A stretch of DNA of 64,000 bases, from NCBI GenBank assembly GCA_963707405.1, contig CAVPPT010000027.1:1-64000 (forward strand). Direction: 5' to 3'. Under the pieces are notes generated by a model. The model was not told where the DNA came from. It saw only the letters and a program-made list of their open reading frames with translations, and made no database searches. Positions 39,033-50,582 of the stretch are shown piece by piece (positions within the stretch are counted from its first letter, which is position 1; each line of letters starts with the position of its first letter). The stretch comes from an uncultured Planctomycetaceae bacterium. Lineage in GTDB: Bacteria; Planctomycetota; Planctomycetia; Planctomycetales; Planctomycetaceae. A program made the position numbers and the translations under genes.

Positions 39033-40632
39033 CCGTCAGGGCGTAAGATCGAAGCCCATAGCGTCGTACGTGTTTAGCGTGCGGTGGATTGATCTTGCAA
39101 GTTTTGTTGGGTTTGCGATCCTCTTGTTCGGAGGATGGCGATGTCGGAAGGGAAACCGACATACGGGGAGTTGGTGGTGCTGGTCGAGCAGCAGGCGGTG
39201 GAGATTGCGCGGCTCACGCAGCGGGTCGCCGAACTCGTGGGGCACGTGCAGACACTGGAGGAGCAACTGCAGGCCGCGCATCGGCAGACGGCCCCGTTTC
39301 GTCGGCGGGACCGACTCAAGAAGCCCGAGTCCGAGAAACAACGTCCCGGCCGCAAGGAGGGACACGAAGGGGCCTATCGCCAACGGCCCGAGCAGATCGA
39401 CGAACACATCGAGGTTCCGCTGCCGTGCTGCCCGCACTGTGAGGGCGAGTTGAGCGATCTTCAGCAGCGGGACCAGTACCTCGAAGAAATCCCTCCGGTG
39501 CGGCCCCGGTGCTTTCAGATCACCACGTGGACTGGCGTGTGTCCGGAGTGCGGGCCTGTCCAGAGTACGCACCCCTTGCAGACCTCGACGGCGGTGGGGG
39601 CAGCGGGAAATCACCTCGGGCCTCGGGCGCAGGCGTTGGCCCTGCTGCTTTCGCATCGGTCGGGACTGACGATGCGGCGGACGTGTCAGGCCCTGCAGGA
39701 TCTGTGCGGTCTGAGACTCTCGCCAGGGGGACTGGCCCAGCTCCTGCAGCGGGCGGCCGGTCGACTGGAACCCGTCCACGGGCAACTCATCCAGCAGATT
39801 CGCCAGAGCGCGGCGGTGTTCGCTGATGAGACCCGCTGGTATGTGGGCGGGCCGAAGTGGTGGCTATGGGTCTTCACCACACCCGAGGCGACATTGTACC
39901 GCGTTGAGCCGGGCCGCGGCTCGGATGTGGTAATCGACACGCTGGGGAACGATTTCGGCGGCCTGCTGGTGAGTGATTGTCTGGCGAGCTACAACGCGAT
40001 CGACTGTCGCCAGCACAAGTGCATCGCGCATCACCTGAAGGTGCTCACAGAGCATCAAGAGGCGCTGGCGCAACGGGGGATCGACTCTTCCGACCTGATG
40101 CTGTGGAAGTTGCATCTTCAGGATGTGATCGCCACTTGGAAACACCGGGAGCAGATGGAACCGGTGGCCTATGCCCTGAAAGTTCTGCAACTCGGGCGCG
40201 GTCTGAAGTATTTGCTCAGCCGCTCTCCGCCCGAACCCGAAGAAGTCCGCTTCCGCAAACGGCTGGAGCGAGTGCGGGAGGATCTGCATGGCTGCCTGGG
40301 GGAACCGGCGGCGGAACCGACCAACAACCGGGCCGAACGCGAACTGCGTCCGGCAGTCATCGACCGCAAACTCTCCTGCGGCAACAAGACCATTGCTGGC
40401 AAGCAGGCCTGGGAAATCCTCCGTTCAGTGATCATCACGGCCTCCAGGCAAGGTGACGACCTCCTCGACACCCTCACCCCCCACCTCCGCCTCGCCACAG
40501 CGTGAGTCGACAGAAACGCTAAACACGTACAAAGGGAGGGTGAACTCAAGTTGCACAGAGGGGACGCTCGACACGTACGACGCGCTGGGCTTTCTACGGA
40601 CACCCCTGCGCGGGGCCGCGGAGTGTCCCGGA
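39033..40632. mobile_element. IS66-family insertion sequence (single-ORF, ISBst12-like) with imperfect terminal inverted repeats
   Basis: Left end ...gaagcccatagcgtcgtacgtgtttagcgtg (39050-39083). Right end ...acgctaaacacgtac (40517-40531) and a second, longer copy acgctcgacacgtacgacgcgctgggcttt (40571-40600). Boundaries are approximate and no target-site duplication was resolved. Confidence 0.5.
39135..40505 (+). CDS. IS66 family transposase (TnpC-like)
   Basis: N-terminal leucine zipper, Cys-x2-Cys...Cys-x2-Cys zinc finger (CCPHCEG...CPECG), and the conserved DETRW and CxAHxRR core (FADETRWYVGG, CIAHHLK). Confidence 0.8.
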   Translation: MAMSEGKPTYGELVVLVEQQAVEIARLTQRVAELVGHVQTLEEQLQAAHRQTAPFRRRDRLKKPESEKQRPGRKEGHEGAYRQRPEQIDEHIEVPLPCCPHCEGELSDLQQRDQYLEEIPPVRPRCFQITTWTGVCPECGPVQSTHPLQTSTAVGAAGNHLGPRAQALALLLSHRSGLTMRRTCQALQDLCGLRLSPGGLAQLLQRAAGRLEPVHGQLIQQIRQSAAVFADETRWYVGGPKWWLWVFTTPEATLYRVEPGRGSDVVIDTLGNDFGGLLVSDCLASYNAIDCRQHKCIAHHLKVLTEHQEALAQRGIDSSDLMLWKLHLQDVIATWKHREQMEPVAYALKVLQLGRGLKYLLSRSPPEPEEVRFRKRLERVREDLHGCLGEPAAEPTNNRAERELRPAVIDRKLSCGNKTIAGKQAWEILRSVIITASRQGDDLLDTLTPHLRLATA

Positions 40633-40840
40633 CCACCTGTCATACCGATGTATGCCCACGTCTCTCGAGAACAGTTCGTGTCGATCGCACGCTCCGGGAT
40701 GACGTGGTATAAGTCACGGAACTGCATGGACCCGAGCGAAAGCCGCGCCTGGTTGTCACTACTGACGGGCGGAGTCGTCAATTGCTTGAGTTAAGTCCTC
40801 CTGCGCCCCGCGACGCGAGTCATGCTCCTGAGGCCACTCT

Positions 40841-41749
40841 GTGACCGTATCTCCTGAAACGACGCCGTCGTCGCCGCCGTCAACTACAGAAATGCCCGCA
40901 TGTCCGGCACCGCAGTCGTGGCAGGATGTGCTGAGCGGATTCCACCAGGAAAGCGACCTGGTCACTGCCGAGACACCGCTGGGAAGCGTTGAGGGACGCG
41001 TGCTTGGCGAAGGGCTGCCGTTGCTGTTCCTCGGGGGGTTTGCGGGCGCCCCAGAGCAGTTCGCCCTGACGGCTTGGCTGCTGCGGAACGAGTGCCGCTG
41101 CCTGCTGGTCGACTACTCGCTGCTGCCTAATCGGACCGGAGAGTCAGCCGAGCAACAGACCCGGGCCGTGTCCGCATCACTGTCCACATGGGTCGAACAG
41201 TGCGGCGTCGACTCCTTCTCCATCCTGGGGACATCGTTCGGAGCACAGGTCGCGGTGCAGATGCTGTTGGACGAACCGGATCGCATCAGCCACGCGCTGC
41301 TGCACCGCGCGTGCATCGCCCGGAAGTTTACCTTGCTGGAACGAGCACTCATCCGCTGGGGACGCAATCGAGACACCGAATTGGGAGGATCGCAGGTTGT
41401 CCGTCACGTCCTGGCACGAAGTGACCGGGCGTGGTTTCCGATGCTGGATCCGACGCGTTGGGACTTCTTTGCCGCAAATGTGGGACATACGCCCGTCGCT
41501 CAAGTCGCCCGGCGCGCGTGGGTCTCTCAAGCCGGTCCGTCAGCAGACAAGTTGGCGTCGATTGGCACTCCGATCGTTCTGCTGGAGTGTGAGGGAGACG
41601 GCCTGCTGGCCAGGCAACAACAGCAGCGGCTCCAGGGCTGTTTGAGGGCTGCTCGCACGCAGACTCTGGAAAACACCGGACGGCTGCCTCATGTCACACA
41701 TCCTCACCGCCTCGCGAAAGTGATCCGGGAGTTTGTATTTGACTCGTAA
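40841..41749 (+). CDS. Alpha/beta hydrolase fold protein
   Basis: Nucleophile elbow GTSFGA (GxSxG) and alpha/beta-hydrolase spacing with a downstream Asp/His. Confidence 0.55.
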   Translation: MTVSPETTPSSPPSTTEMPACPAPQSWQDVLSGFHQESDLVTAETPLGSVEGRVLGEGLPLLFLGGFAGAPEQFALTAWLLRNECRCLLVDYSLLPNRTGESAEQQTRAVSASLSTWVEQCGVDSFSILGTSFGAQVAVQMLLDEPDRISHALLHRACIARKFTLLERALIRWGRNRDTELGGSQVVRHVLARSDRAWFPMLDPTRWDFFAANVGHTPVAQVARRAWVSQAGPSADKLASIGTPIVLLECEGDGLLARQQQQRLQGCLRAARTQTLENTGRLPHVTHPHRLAKVIREFVFDS

Positions 41750-41827
41750 AGACGTGTCCCTTAACGTCCGTCCACGGTCGAACGATCGTCTCAGTTCATT
41801 GCCGTCGCGACACACACTGTCAATGAC

Positions 41828-42565
41828 ATGACTGCTCCCGAACTTCCCGAGCCTCTGGATGTGATCGCTGTCGGAGCGCATCCGGACGATGTGGAGATTG
41901 CCGTCGGCGGAACGCTGGCACGTCTCGTCCAGCAGGGGCACCGCGTGGGCATCGTCGACCTTACCGACGGGGAACCGACTCCGGGCAGCCCCGGTCCGCA
42001 CGCTCGGCTGGCGGAAGCTCACGCGGCTGCAGAAATCCTTGGGGTACATGTCCGCCAGACACTGGAGCTCCCGAACCGTCGCTTGTTCGACTGTTATGAG
42101 CATCGAGTGGCACTGGCGAAGGTGTTCCGTCGATATCGACCGCGGGTTGTGCTGGGGATCATGGACAAAACGCCGATGGCGTCCCCCGATCACTGGCAAG
42201 CCATGCAGATCACCGATGCCGCCGTGTTCTACTCCCGCCTGAGCAAGTGGGACGACCAGTTCGACCATCTGCCGGTGCACACAATTCGTAAACAACTCTG
42301 GTATCCGCTGGGCTTCGGGGCATTGCACTCACTCGCTGCGCCGGGAATGTTTGTGGCGGACATCTCGGGTACACTGGAGACGAAGTTGCGGGCGATCCGC
42401 GTTTATCAAACACAGTTCCCTCCAGAAAAGGAACGGATCTTTCATCTGGTCGAGAGCGAAGCCCGGTTGCTGGGGACAAGTGCCGGGTTTGCCGCTGGTG
42501 AGCCACTGATTCCTGCCACGACGCTGGGCATCAGTGATCTGCTGGCGACGATTTGTCCGCAATGA
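41828..42565 (+). CDS. PIG-L/LmbE family N-acetylglucosaminyl deacetylase (BshB/MshB-like)
   Basis: [22 protein letters not shown] is the canonical AHPDDE zinc-binding motif of the LmbE/PIG-L family. Confidence 0.7.
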   Translation: MTAPELPEPLDVIAVGAHPDDVEIAVGGTLARLVQQGHRVGIVDLTDGEPTPGSPGPHARLAEAHAAAEILGVHVRQTLELPNRRLFDCYEHRVALAKVFRRYRPRVVLGIMDKTPMASPDHWQAMQITDAAVFYSRLSKWDDQFDHLPVHTIRKQLWYPLGFGALHSLAAPGMFVADISGTLETKLRAIRVYQTQFPPEKERIFHLVESEARLLGTSAGFAAGEPLIPATTLGISDLLATICPQ

Positions 42566-42753
42566 TTCCCCTGGTTCGACGTCGGGGGCACTGCACGACC
42601 CTCACACGGCATGTTATCATGTGTCACTGGCATGCCATGTCTCGACCTCCATTGAACATCGGGACAGCCGCTCGACTTTCGTGAACCGGGCAGCCTGTTC
42701 GCACACCAGAGTACACTTCCAGAACCAGGGACACGCGGGAGACACGCGCAGCA

Positions 42754-43491
42754 GTGAACTTGCAATGGGGCTCTCTGAGTATCACGGGCAAGTTCCGTGA
42801 CAACAACGAGGACAACTGCCATGTCGATCCGGACGGGCGGTTCTTCCTGGTCGCTGACGGTATGGGCGGTCAGAGCGCCGGCGAAAAGGCCAGCGAACTG
42901 GCGATCGAGTTGATCTCCGGAGCCCTGCTGAAGTCGATCGACGTCGCATCCGTCAGTGCGGCCTCTGTCATCTCGGCCATCGATCGGGCAGTGAGCCACG
43001 CCAATGGCGAAATCATGGTCATGGGCGAACTCGACCCCAGCTACTACAACATGGGAACGACGGTCGCCTTCCTCGTCGCCGCCGGCGATGCCCTGTACGC
43101 TGGAGGCGTCGGTGACAGCCGTGTCTACCACCTGCGGCGAGGGGGCATCGAACAACTGACCAAGGATCATTCGCTCACCCAGGCACTGGTCGAGGCCGGC
43201 ACGATCTCGGAATTAGAGGCACTCACGCATCGCTACAAGAATGTGCTGTACCGATATCTGGGGACAAAGGAGGGGAGTGCGGGAACGGAGCCCCGACGCA
43301 TCACACCTGGGTCGGGTGACCGATTTGTCCTTTGCTCGGATGGAGTGACCGATGGGATCGACGACCAGTCGATCGCCCGCCTCGTCGGGGCGGCGAAGAC
43401 CCCGCAGTCTGCCGCCGAGGCTCTCGTCCAGGCCGCCGAGGACGGGGGCTCGCGCGACAACATTACCTGCATCGTTGTGGGAGTCGAGTAG
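42754..43491 (+). CDS. PP2C-family Ser/Thr protein phosphatase
   Basis: FLVADGMGGQSAGEKAS, GDSRVY, LCSDGVTDG, RDNITCIVV are the PPM metal-binding motifs. GTG start. Confidence 0.8.
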   Translation: MNLQWGSLSITGKFRDNNEDNCHVDPDGRFFLVADGMGGQSAGEKASELAIELISGALLKSIDVASVSAASVISAIDRAVSHANGEIMVMGELDPSYYNMGTTVAFLVAAGDALYAGGVGDSRVYHLRRGGIEQLTKDHSLTQALVEAGTISELEALTHRYKNVLYRYLGTKEGSAGTEPRRITPGSGDRFVLCSDGVTDGIDDQSIARLVGAAKTPQSAAEALVQAAEDGGSRDNITCIVVGVE

Positions 43492-43767
43492 CCGCGGGGT
43501 CCCTTCGCTCATGCCCCTGACGCACCACGGGAACGGCCTGACAGGAATCTCGAGGGGCGATTCCATTCTGGACAGGGGGCCTGATCGAGCGGCGATGCGG
43601 CTTGCGGACGATGTGTTCCGCAGGTTTGGCGGCACCGGCCATCCCTGCAACCCCAGAAAAATCCGGACATGGTGCTACTGTGCCGACCCAGAGGGACGTA
43701 GAATAGACGGGCATTTTGCATGCCATGCGAATTCTCGTGCGGCAACCGACCACCGGAGGAGTTCAAG

Positions 43768-46449
43768 ATGATCGGGATTTTCAGGCCAGTCCGTTGCTGT
43801 CTGCGTTTATCGTTCGCAATTGTGATGCTGGCCGGAATCGCCTCCGCCCAGGAAGCTGCCAAGGAATCCGCAGAAGGAGCAAGCGCAACACCGGCGACCA
43901 AGACCAAATCCAAGCTGGAGCAACTCACCGAAGGGATGAAGAAGCAGGACGGCATGTGGACCGTCTACTCCAAGGACCAGAAGCTGCTAGTGGATGTTAA
44001 GTCCAGCAATCTGGACAAGGATTACATCGTCCTGACGTCGATCGCACAGGGAATCAGCCGCGGCATGGTGCTGGGGGGGATGAGCTGGAACTTCGGCGAT
44101 GACGTAATCTGGTCGTTCAAGAAGGTCGGCGAGAACATCCATGTTCTGCGACGTAATGTTCGCTTTCGCGCTAAGCCCAAGAGTCCTGAAGCCGATGCCG
44201 TCAAGCTGGCCTACAGCGACAGCGTGCTGTATGCGCTCCCGATACTCACTGACACCCCGGGTGGACACCTGGTGGACATGACCCGCATCTTCATGAGCGA
44301 TGATCCGGAGATCGGCAGGCACATCGGATCGGGGTTTCGATTCGTCACCGACCGCTCCACTTTTGCCGCTGTGAAGGACTTTCCAGGCAACCTAGAACTT
44401 CGGGTGGCCGCCATCTATGCCGGGTCCAGTTCTCTGTCCACTCTGGACACGGTGGCGGATCCCCGAGGCGTGCAGATTCATGTGCACTACAGCATCAGTG
44501 AACTGCCCAAGCCTGGTGCAAATGGATACAAGACGCGCATCGCCGACGACCGCATCGGCTATTTCCTGACAGTCCTCAAGGACTTCTCTGACAAGGACGA
44601 TGACGAACACTTCGTCCGCTACATCAACCGTTGGCACTTGGCCAAGAAGGATCCCAGCATCACTCGTTCGCCACCGGCCGAGCCGATCCGGTTCTACATC
44701 GAGAAGACGGTGCCGGTCTGGCTGCGTCCGACCGTACGAGCCGGCATACTGGAGTGGAACAAGGCTTTCGACAAGCTCGGGATCGCCGGTGCCATCGAGG
44801 TTCTTCAGCAGGAAGACGATGCCGAATGGGATCCGGAAGACATTCGTTACAACACCTTCCGCTGGATGACCGCCGATGCCGGTTTCGCGATGGGTCCCTC
44901 CCGTGTCGATCCACGCACGGGCCAGATTCTCGATGCGGACATCATCTTCGACGCCAGCTTCCTCGACTACTGGAAACAGGACTACGAGACGTTCACGGAG
45001 GCTCAGGTCAACCGGCTGCGGCCCAACTGGACGCCTCTGGATGGGCTGACCGCTACCGGCGAACCGCACCGGCCCCATGCCAAGGGTCACTCGTGTGAGT
45101 ACTGCTTTGGCATGCAACATCAGATGGGATTCGCGGCCGCTGTGCTGACGGGGCATGGACTCGCCGCTGAAGGCAAGCTGCCCGAGGAGTTTGTGCATCA
45201 GGGACTCAAGGAAGTCGTGATGCACGAGGTCGGGCACACGCTTGGATTACGGCACAACTTCAAGGCCAGTTCGTGGAAGTCGCTGGAGGAAGCGGCCAAG
45301 GTCGGAGCCGACGAACCGATGCTCGCCAGTGTGATGGACTATGCCCCCGCGAATATCGCTGCACCCGGCCAGAAGCAGGGGCTGTACTACACTCAGACGA
45401 TCGGCCCTTACGATTACTGGGCGATCGAGTACGGATACAAGGTGATCTCCGGTGACGAAGATGCCGAGCTGAAGAAGATCGCGGCTCGATCTGCCGAGTC
45501 GGGTCACGACTATGCGACCGACGAAGACACCGACAGTCTCGACTCCGATCCGTTGTCGAATCGTTTCGATTTCGGGAAGGATCCCGTGGCCTTCGTCGAG
45601 CGTCAGATGAAGCATGCTGAGGAACTGCTGCCGAAGGTCGTCGAACGCTCTGTGGAGGACGGGAAAGGATATCAGCGGGCCCGTCAGGCGTTCGGGATCC
45701 TGATGAGCGAATATTGGCGATCAGCCCTGTTCGCCGCACGATTCCCCGGAGGAGTGTTCGTCTACCGCGATCACAAGGGAGACGAGAACGCCAGGGCCCC
45801 GTTCCAGGTCGTTCCGGCTGAAAAGCAGCGAGCGGCCATGAAGCTGCTTGTGGAAACAACCTTCGCCTCGCCGGAAATCGATGGCAATGTGCTAAATTAC
45901 CTCGCGGCCAGTCGCTGGGACCATTGGGGAATGAGTGAGCCGGCCCGACTTGACTACCCGATCCACGAGACGATCTCCCGGATGCAGTCTTTAGTGCTGA
46001 GTGAAGTCCTCGACGACACCGTGCTCTCGCGTCTGCAAGATGGCGAAGTGAAAGTGGCTGATGACGCGGATGCCTACACCTTGGCAGAACACATCGGGCT
46101 CATCGTCGACGGAGCGTTCTCCGAGTGGAGTGCTGATGATGCCCGGGCCGAGTTCACGAATCGCAAGCCCTACATCACCAGCTTTCGTCGCAATCTGCAG
46201 CGGGAGGCGCTCAAACAACTCAGCCGATTGGTGACTTCCGGCAGCGGCAGCCGCTTTGGGTATGGTGCCCCGGAGGATGCCCGGACGCTGGGCCGGATGT
46301 ACCTGACCCAGCTGGATGAGCAGGTCACGGCATTGCTCAAGAACGACCAGCTCAAACTGGACGACTACAGCCGGGCGCACCTGCTCGACTCACAGGCGAA
46401 GATCCAGCAGGTTCTCAAGGCCCGTCTCTCCGTGAACTCGGTGGACTGA
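43768..46449 (+). CDS. Secreted zinc-dependent metalloprotease (HEXXH; DUF4953/DUF5117-type large metallopeptidase)
   Basis: Signal peptide MIGIFRPVRCCLRLSFAIVMLAGIASAQEA with a GGAGGA RBS. Zincin motif VMHEVGHTLGLRHN. ~890 aa. Confidence 0.7.
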   Translation: MIGIFRPVRCCLRLSFAIVMLAGIASAQEAAKESAEGASATPATKTKSKLEQLTEGMKKQDGMWTVYSKDQKLLVDVKSSNLDKDYIVLTSIAQGISRGMVLGGMSWNFGDDVIWSFKKVGENIHVLRRNVRFRAKPKSPEADAVKLAYSDSVLYALPILTDTPGGHLVDMTRIFMSDDPEIGRHIGSGFRFVTDRSTFAAVKDFPGNLELRVAAIYAGSSSLSTLDTVADPRGVQIHVHYSISELPKPGANGYKTRIADDRIGYFLTVLKDFSDKDDDEHFVRYINRWHLAKKDPSITRSPPAEPIRFYIEKTVPVWLRPTVRAGILEWNKAFDKLGIAGAIEVLQQEDDAEWDPEDIRYNTFRWMTADAGFAMGPSRVDPRTGQILDADIIFDASFLDYWKQDYETFTEAQVNRLRPNWTPLDGLTATGEPHRPHAKGHSCEYCFGMQHQMGFAAAVLTGHGLAAEGKLPEEFVHQGLKEVVMHEVGHTLGLRHNFKASSWKSLEEAAKVGADEPMLASVMDYAPANIAAPGQKQGLYYTQTIGPYDYWAIEYGYKVISGDEDAELKKIAARSAESGHDYATDEDTDSLDSDPLSNRFDFGKDPVAFVERQMKHAEELLPKVVERSVEDGKGYQRARQAFGILMSEYWRSALFAARFPGGVFVYRDHKGDENARAPFQVVPAEKQRAAMKLLVETTFASPEIDGNVLNYLAASRWDHWGMSEPARLDYPIHETISRMQSLVLSEVLDDTVLSRLQDGEVKVADDADAYTLAEHIGLIVDGAFSEWSADDARAEFTNRKPYITSFRRNLQREALKQLSRLVTSGSGSRFGYGAPEDARTLGRMYLTQLDEQVTALLKNDQLKLDDYSRAHLLDSQAKIQQVLKARLSVNSVD

Positions 46450-46566
46450 CACCGATACCCGAGCGTGATCGCGGATCAACACCCCGGCCGCTTCGAGCAG
46501 CCGGGGTGCTGTTCTTTCCCATCATTCGTCCTTCCCGGGAGTGTCCCGCCTCCGCGGTGTCGTACC

Positions 46567-47145
46567 TCATCGGTGCCCACTTGCGTCCGAAAATGGAAAC
46601 ATCTCGAGCGCCGTGTAGGCCGAGCCGCTCGGTTTCAGTTCCGACTGCAGCAGTGCGGCCCGATCGAATTTCGCAGTACCAAGGTTCTCACCGGCATAGA
46701 GATCCAGCAGTTCGAAGATCCCTTGCGGCGCATTCCCCTTGATGCGTCCCAGGGTCAGATGGGGATGAAAGCTGCGGGCCTCGGATGCGAATCCCAGTCG
46801 CGCGAGTTGTACGTCGATTGAGACAGCCAACTCAATCAGCAGCTCGGCGGGTTCGATCCCCACCCAGAGAACGCTCGGTCGCCTGCGATGCGGAAACACT
46901 CCCACACCCGCCAGCGTCACATCAACGGGACACATCGACCGGCATACCGGCGCGACAGCCCCGACGATTTCAGCAATGCGAGATGCTCGGACATCCCCCA
47001 GGAATTTGAGCGTCACATGCAGGTTCCCGGGAGGCGACGCCTTGAGTCCCGGCCCCAGATCCTTTGCCAGCGCCATCAACTCCTGCAGTGCCGGTGTGGG
47101 CTCGATCCGGACGCCAATGAAACAGCGAATGAGGCTCGTCATCAC
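46567..47145 (-). CDS. thpR: RNA 2',3'-cyclic phosphodiesterase (ThpR/LigT, 2H phosphoesterase)
   Basis: Two H-x-T/S-x motifs (HVTLKFLG and HLTLGRIK) at the expected spacing in a ~190-aa protein. Confidence 0.7.
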   Translation of the reverse strand: MMTSLIRCFIGVRIEPTPALQELMALAKDLGPGLKASPPGNLHVTLKFLGDVRASRIAEIVGAVAPVCRSMCPVDVTLAGVGVFPHRRRPSVLWVGIEPAELLIELAVSIDVQLARLGFASEARSFHPHLTLGRIKGNAPQGIFELLDLYAGENLGTAKFDRAALLQSELKPSGSAYTALEMFPFSDASGHR

Positions 47146-47208
47146 GTTTCAGGTGTGGTGTTTCATCATGGCACAACTCGTTCCGACATGGCATCGTCCG
47201 ATACGCAC

Positions 47209-48924
47209 TCAGATCGACTTGGACATCCGCTTCGCCAGCCGGGCCAGTGCAGGACTGATGTCGTCGGGAGCCAGGTGCACGTTGAGCAGGCTGAACGCAT
47301 CCTGATTGGCGAGGGCGGCCTTCATTGCCTGCTGCAGTTCGCCCACGGTTCGCACCTCGAACCCCCAGCCGTCTCCCAGCAGGTCGTGCAGCCGATGGTA
47401 GTCCCAGTTCAGGATATCGTTGAACGGCCCATCCCGCAGAAATCGCTCCGTCGTGTACCCCTTGTTGTTGAGAACGACGACGATCGGATTGAAGTTGTGC
47501 CGCACCGCCGTGGACAACTCCAGGCAGGTCATTTGAAAAGCTCCGTCCCCCACCAGCACGAGTGGCCGCAGTTTGCGGTTGGCAGTCTGCACTCCGACGG
47601 CGGCCGGGATGGCGAAACCCATCGACGTGTAGTACGCCGGACTGAGGAACTCGGTGTGCTTGTGAATCGTCAGGTCACTGGCAGCAAACAGCGAGTCGCC
47701 GACATCGGCAATCACAACCATCTCGTCTTCCAGTGTCGCGTTGATGTGATCGAACAGACTGGCAATGGTGACTGCATCATCGGGTCCGTAGGTACCTCGC
47801 TGACGTTCCTCCCGGCGAGGAATGGACGACTTGGGTTTGGCCTTGAGTTTGGCGAGTGAGAGTCCGGAAACGAAGTCTTCCAGCCTGACGTCCTGAAAGT
47901 GATGATGCCCGATGCGCAGCTTTTCACTGGTCGCATAAATGCACCGGCCCGGGTCGAGCTGCGCCGTGTAGATGCCCAGATTGATGTCGGTCATGAACGT
48001 GCCCAGCAGAATCACGCAGTCGCTGGACTCGACAAACCGGGTGACGGACTGCCGCCCCATCGCTCCCTCATACACGCCCAGGTACAGGGGATGCTTCTCG
48101 CTGACGACACTCTTGCCCAGCAGCGTGGCACACATCGGGATGTTGTTGGCCTCCGCAAACTTGAGCAACTGCTCCCGCAGACCGAACCGATGAATTTCGA
48201 CACCGGCGATGATCACCGGTTGCTTCGCCTGGCCGATCCGCTCCGTCGCTTCGCCCAGCGAGGCGGCCAGCGCCTCGGGGTTGCTCTGCAGATGGGTCAC
48301 CAGGGCCTCATGCGGATACAAGGCCGGCGTGTCGACCCGATCCCGGGGAATCTCCAGATACACGGGCCGCTTGTAGCGTACCGCCGCTTCCAGACAGCGG
48401 TCGATCTCGCGAAAGGCCGTCAGCGGGTCATCCAGCACGGCACTGGCGATCGTGATCTTCTCGAAGACTTCCCGTTGAGTGTTGAAGTCCCGCACGCGGT
48501 GATGGAGCAGAGGATCGGTCTCCCGCTCGGCCATGCCGGGGGCACCACTGATGACGACCACGGGAGACTTCTCGGCAAATGCACCGGCGATCGAATTGCA
48601 CAGGCTGAGCCCACCCACGCAGTATGTGACACAGACCACGCCTAGACCGTTGATTCGGGCATAAGCATCAGCGGCATACCCGGCGTTGTCCTCGCGTGTA
48701 CATCCGACGACGCGGATCGGGCTCTCATCGAGCATTCCATAGAAGTGCAAGACGAAGTCGCCTGGGATTCCAAACACGTCGGCCACGCCGTAATGCTGCA
48801 GCCGATCGATGAGATACCGCCCGATGGTCTGCGAGTGCCCATTGGAACTGGCGGCGGCGGCGCGGTGCGAAGTGCCTGATTGACGTTTGGTGCCGGCGAG
48901 CTTTCTGGTCGCTTTGCGAGTCAT
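47209..48924 (-). CDS. Thiamine-pyrophosphate-dependent alpha-keto acid decarboxylase (indolepyruvate/phenylpyruvate decarboxylase family)
   Basis: N-terminal PYR domain (GIPGDFVL), TPP-binding motif [38 protein letters not shown], and ~550 aa length. Confidence 0.7.
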   Translation of the reverse strand: MTRKATRKLAGTKRQSGTSHRAAAASSNGHSQTIGRYLIDRLQHYGVADVFGIPGDFVLHFYGMLDESPIRVVGCTREDNAGYAADAYARINGLGVVCVTYCVGGLSLCNSIAGAFAEKSPVVVISGAPGMAERETDPLLHHRVRDFNTQREVFEKITIASAVLDDPLTAFREIDRCLEAAVRYKRPVYLEIPRDRVDTPALYPHEALVTHLQSNPEALAASLGEATERIGQAKQPVIIAGVEIHRFGLREQLLKFAEANNIPMCATLLGKSVVSEKHPLYLGVYEGAMGRQSVTRFVESSDCVILLGTFMTDINLGIYTAQLDPGRCIYATSEKLRIGHHHFQDVRLEDFVSGLSLAKLKAKPKSSIPRREERQRGTYGPDDAVTIASLFDHINATLEDEMVVIADVGDSLFAASDLTIHKHTEFLSPAYYTSMGFAIPAAVGVQTANRKLRPLVLVGDGAFQMTCLELSTAVRHNFNPIVVVLNNKGYTTERFLRDGPFNDILNWDYHRLHDLLGDGWGFEVRTVGELQQAMKAALANQDAFSLLNVHLAPDDISPALARLAKRMSKSI

Positions 48925-49156
48925 TTTGACCTTCCCTGTGCTGGAGGTTCCTGGGCAGGACTTTGAAGCTCAGACAGTGATCGAGATCGAACTTTCCTTG
49001 CGACGTTGCATCGTTAGGTTCACAGGATTATACGCAACCTCATCACTCCTCGTCACAGCGGACCGACTGCACACTCAACTTGGCCCCGTCAACTCACTAC
49101 AATGCCGGGACTTCGGCAACCTCAACACCCAATGCGACTTCAGGGATTTGCGACAG

Positions 49157-50582
49157 ATGAATGATTTTCGGATGGAAAAGGACTCCATGGGGCACGTCAA
49201 GGTTCCGGCACAAGCCTATTACGGAGCCCAGACGCAGCGGGCCGTCGAGAACTTCCCGATCTCCGGCTGGCCGCTGCATGGGGAGTTGCTGCACGCCATG
49301 GGGCTGGTGAAGTTCGCCTGCGGTGTCGCCAATCGTGATCTCGGCAAACTGACAGGCACCGGAAAGAACCCGCTCAATGATGCACAAGTCGATGCCATGC
49401 TCGCGGCCTGTCGCGAAGTCGCCGACGGGAATTTTGACGACCAGTTTCCGATCGATGTTTTTCAGACGGGATCGGGCACTTCGAGCAACATGAATGCCAA
49501 CGAAGTGATCGCCAACCGGGCCATCGAGATGATGGATGGCGACCGATTCGTCGAGGCCAAGCCGATCCATCCCAACGACCATGTCAACATGGGGCAGTCG
49601 ACCAACGATACCTTCCCGACAGCCATCCATGTGGCGGTGGCCCTGAGCATTCACCGTCAGCTTATCCCGGCCCTGCAGCGCTTTGCCGATGTGCTGGCCC
49701 GCAAGGCGCAGGACTGGGACCAGATCATCAAGATCGGCCGCACCCACCTGGCCGATGCCACACCGCTGCGCCTGGGGCAGGAGTTCGGCGGCTTTGCGCG
49801 GCAGTTGCAGCTATCCGTCGAACGGGCGGAGCGGGCCGTGCAAGCCGTACTGGAGTTGCCAGTCGGCGGGACGGCCGTGGGGTCAGGCATCAACACGCAT
49901 CCCGAGTTCGGCGATCGGGTGGCGAAGGTGCTGGCTGAGGAGACGGGTCTCCCGTTCGTCGAGGCGGCTGATCATTTTGAGGCCAACGCCCAGCGGGATG
50001 GGCTTGTCGATTGCCACGGGCAGCTCAAGGTCATTGCCACAACCCTGTTCAACGTCGCCAACAACATCCGCTGGCTGGGCTCCGGTCCACGCTGCGGGTT
50101 CTATGAAGTCATGATCCCAGACCTGCAGCCCGGCTCGTCGATCATGCCCGGTAAGGTGAATCCTGTGATGTGTGAAAGTCTGATGCAGGTCGCGGCACGG
50201 GTCATCGGGAATGACGGCTGTGTGACACTTGGTGGGGCCGCCGGCGGTCAGTTCCAGCTCAACATCATGATGCCGGTCATGGGACAGACGACGCTCGAGT
50301 CCATCACACTGATGACTCAGTGCACAACCGCCTTCGTGGAGAACTGTGCCGAGGGCCTTGAAGCAAACGCCGCTGCCTGCGTGGCCTCGGTGGAGCAAGA
50401 GCCTGTCGATGGTTACGAGCCTCAATCCGCACATCGGATATGAACGGGCCGCTGCACTGGCGAAGGAAGCCTTCAAGACGGGGAAGACAATCCGCGAGTT
50501 GTGCGAAGAGCAGGGCATCCTACCGCCGGAGACGCTGGAGGAAGCGCTGGACCCCATGCGGATGACCGAGCCGCAGGGCTGA
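49157..50582 (+). CDS. fumC: Class II fumarate hydratase (FumC; aspartase/fumarase superfamily), with a frame change ~45 codons before the end
   Basis: N-terminus MNDFRMEKDSMGHVKVPAQAYYGAQTQRAVENF, signature GSSIMPGKVNP, TGSGTSSNMNANEV. The C-terminal tail continues in 50346..50582 (NPHIGYERAAALAKEAFKTGKTIRELC). Aspartate ammonia-lyase is not excluded. Confidence 0.75.
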
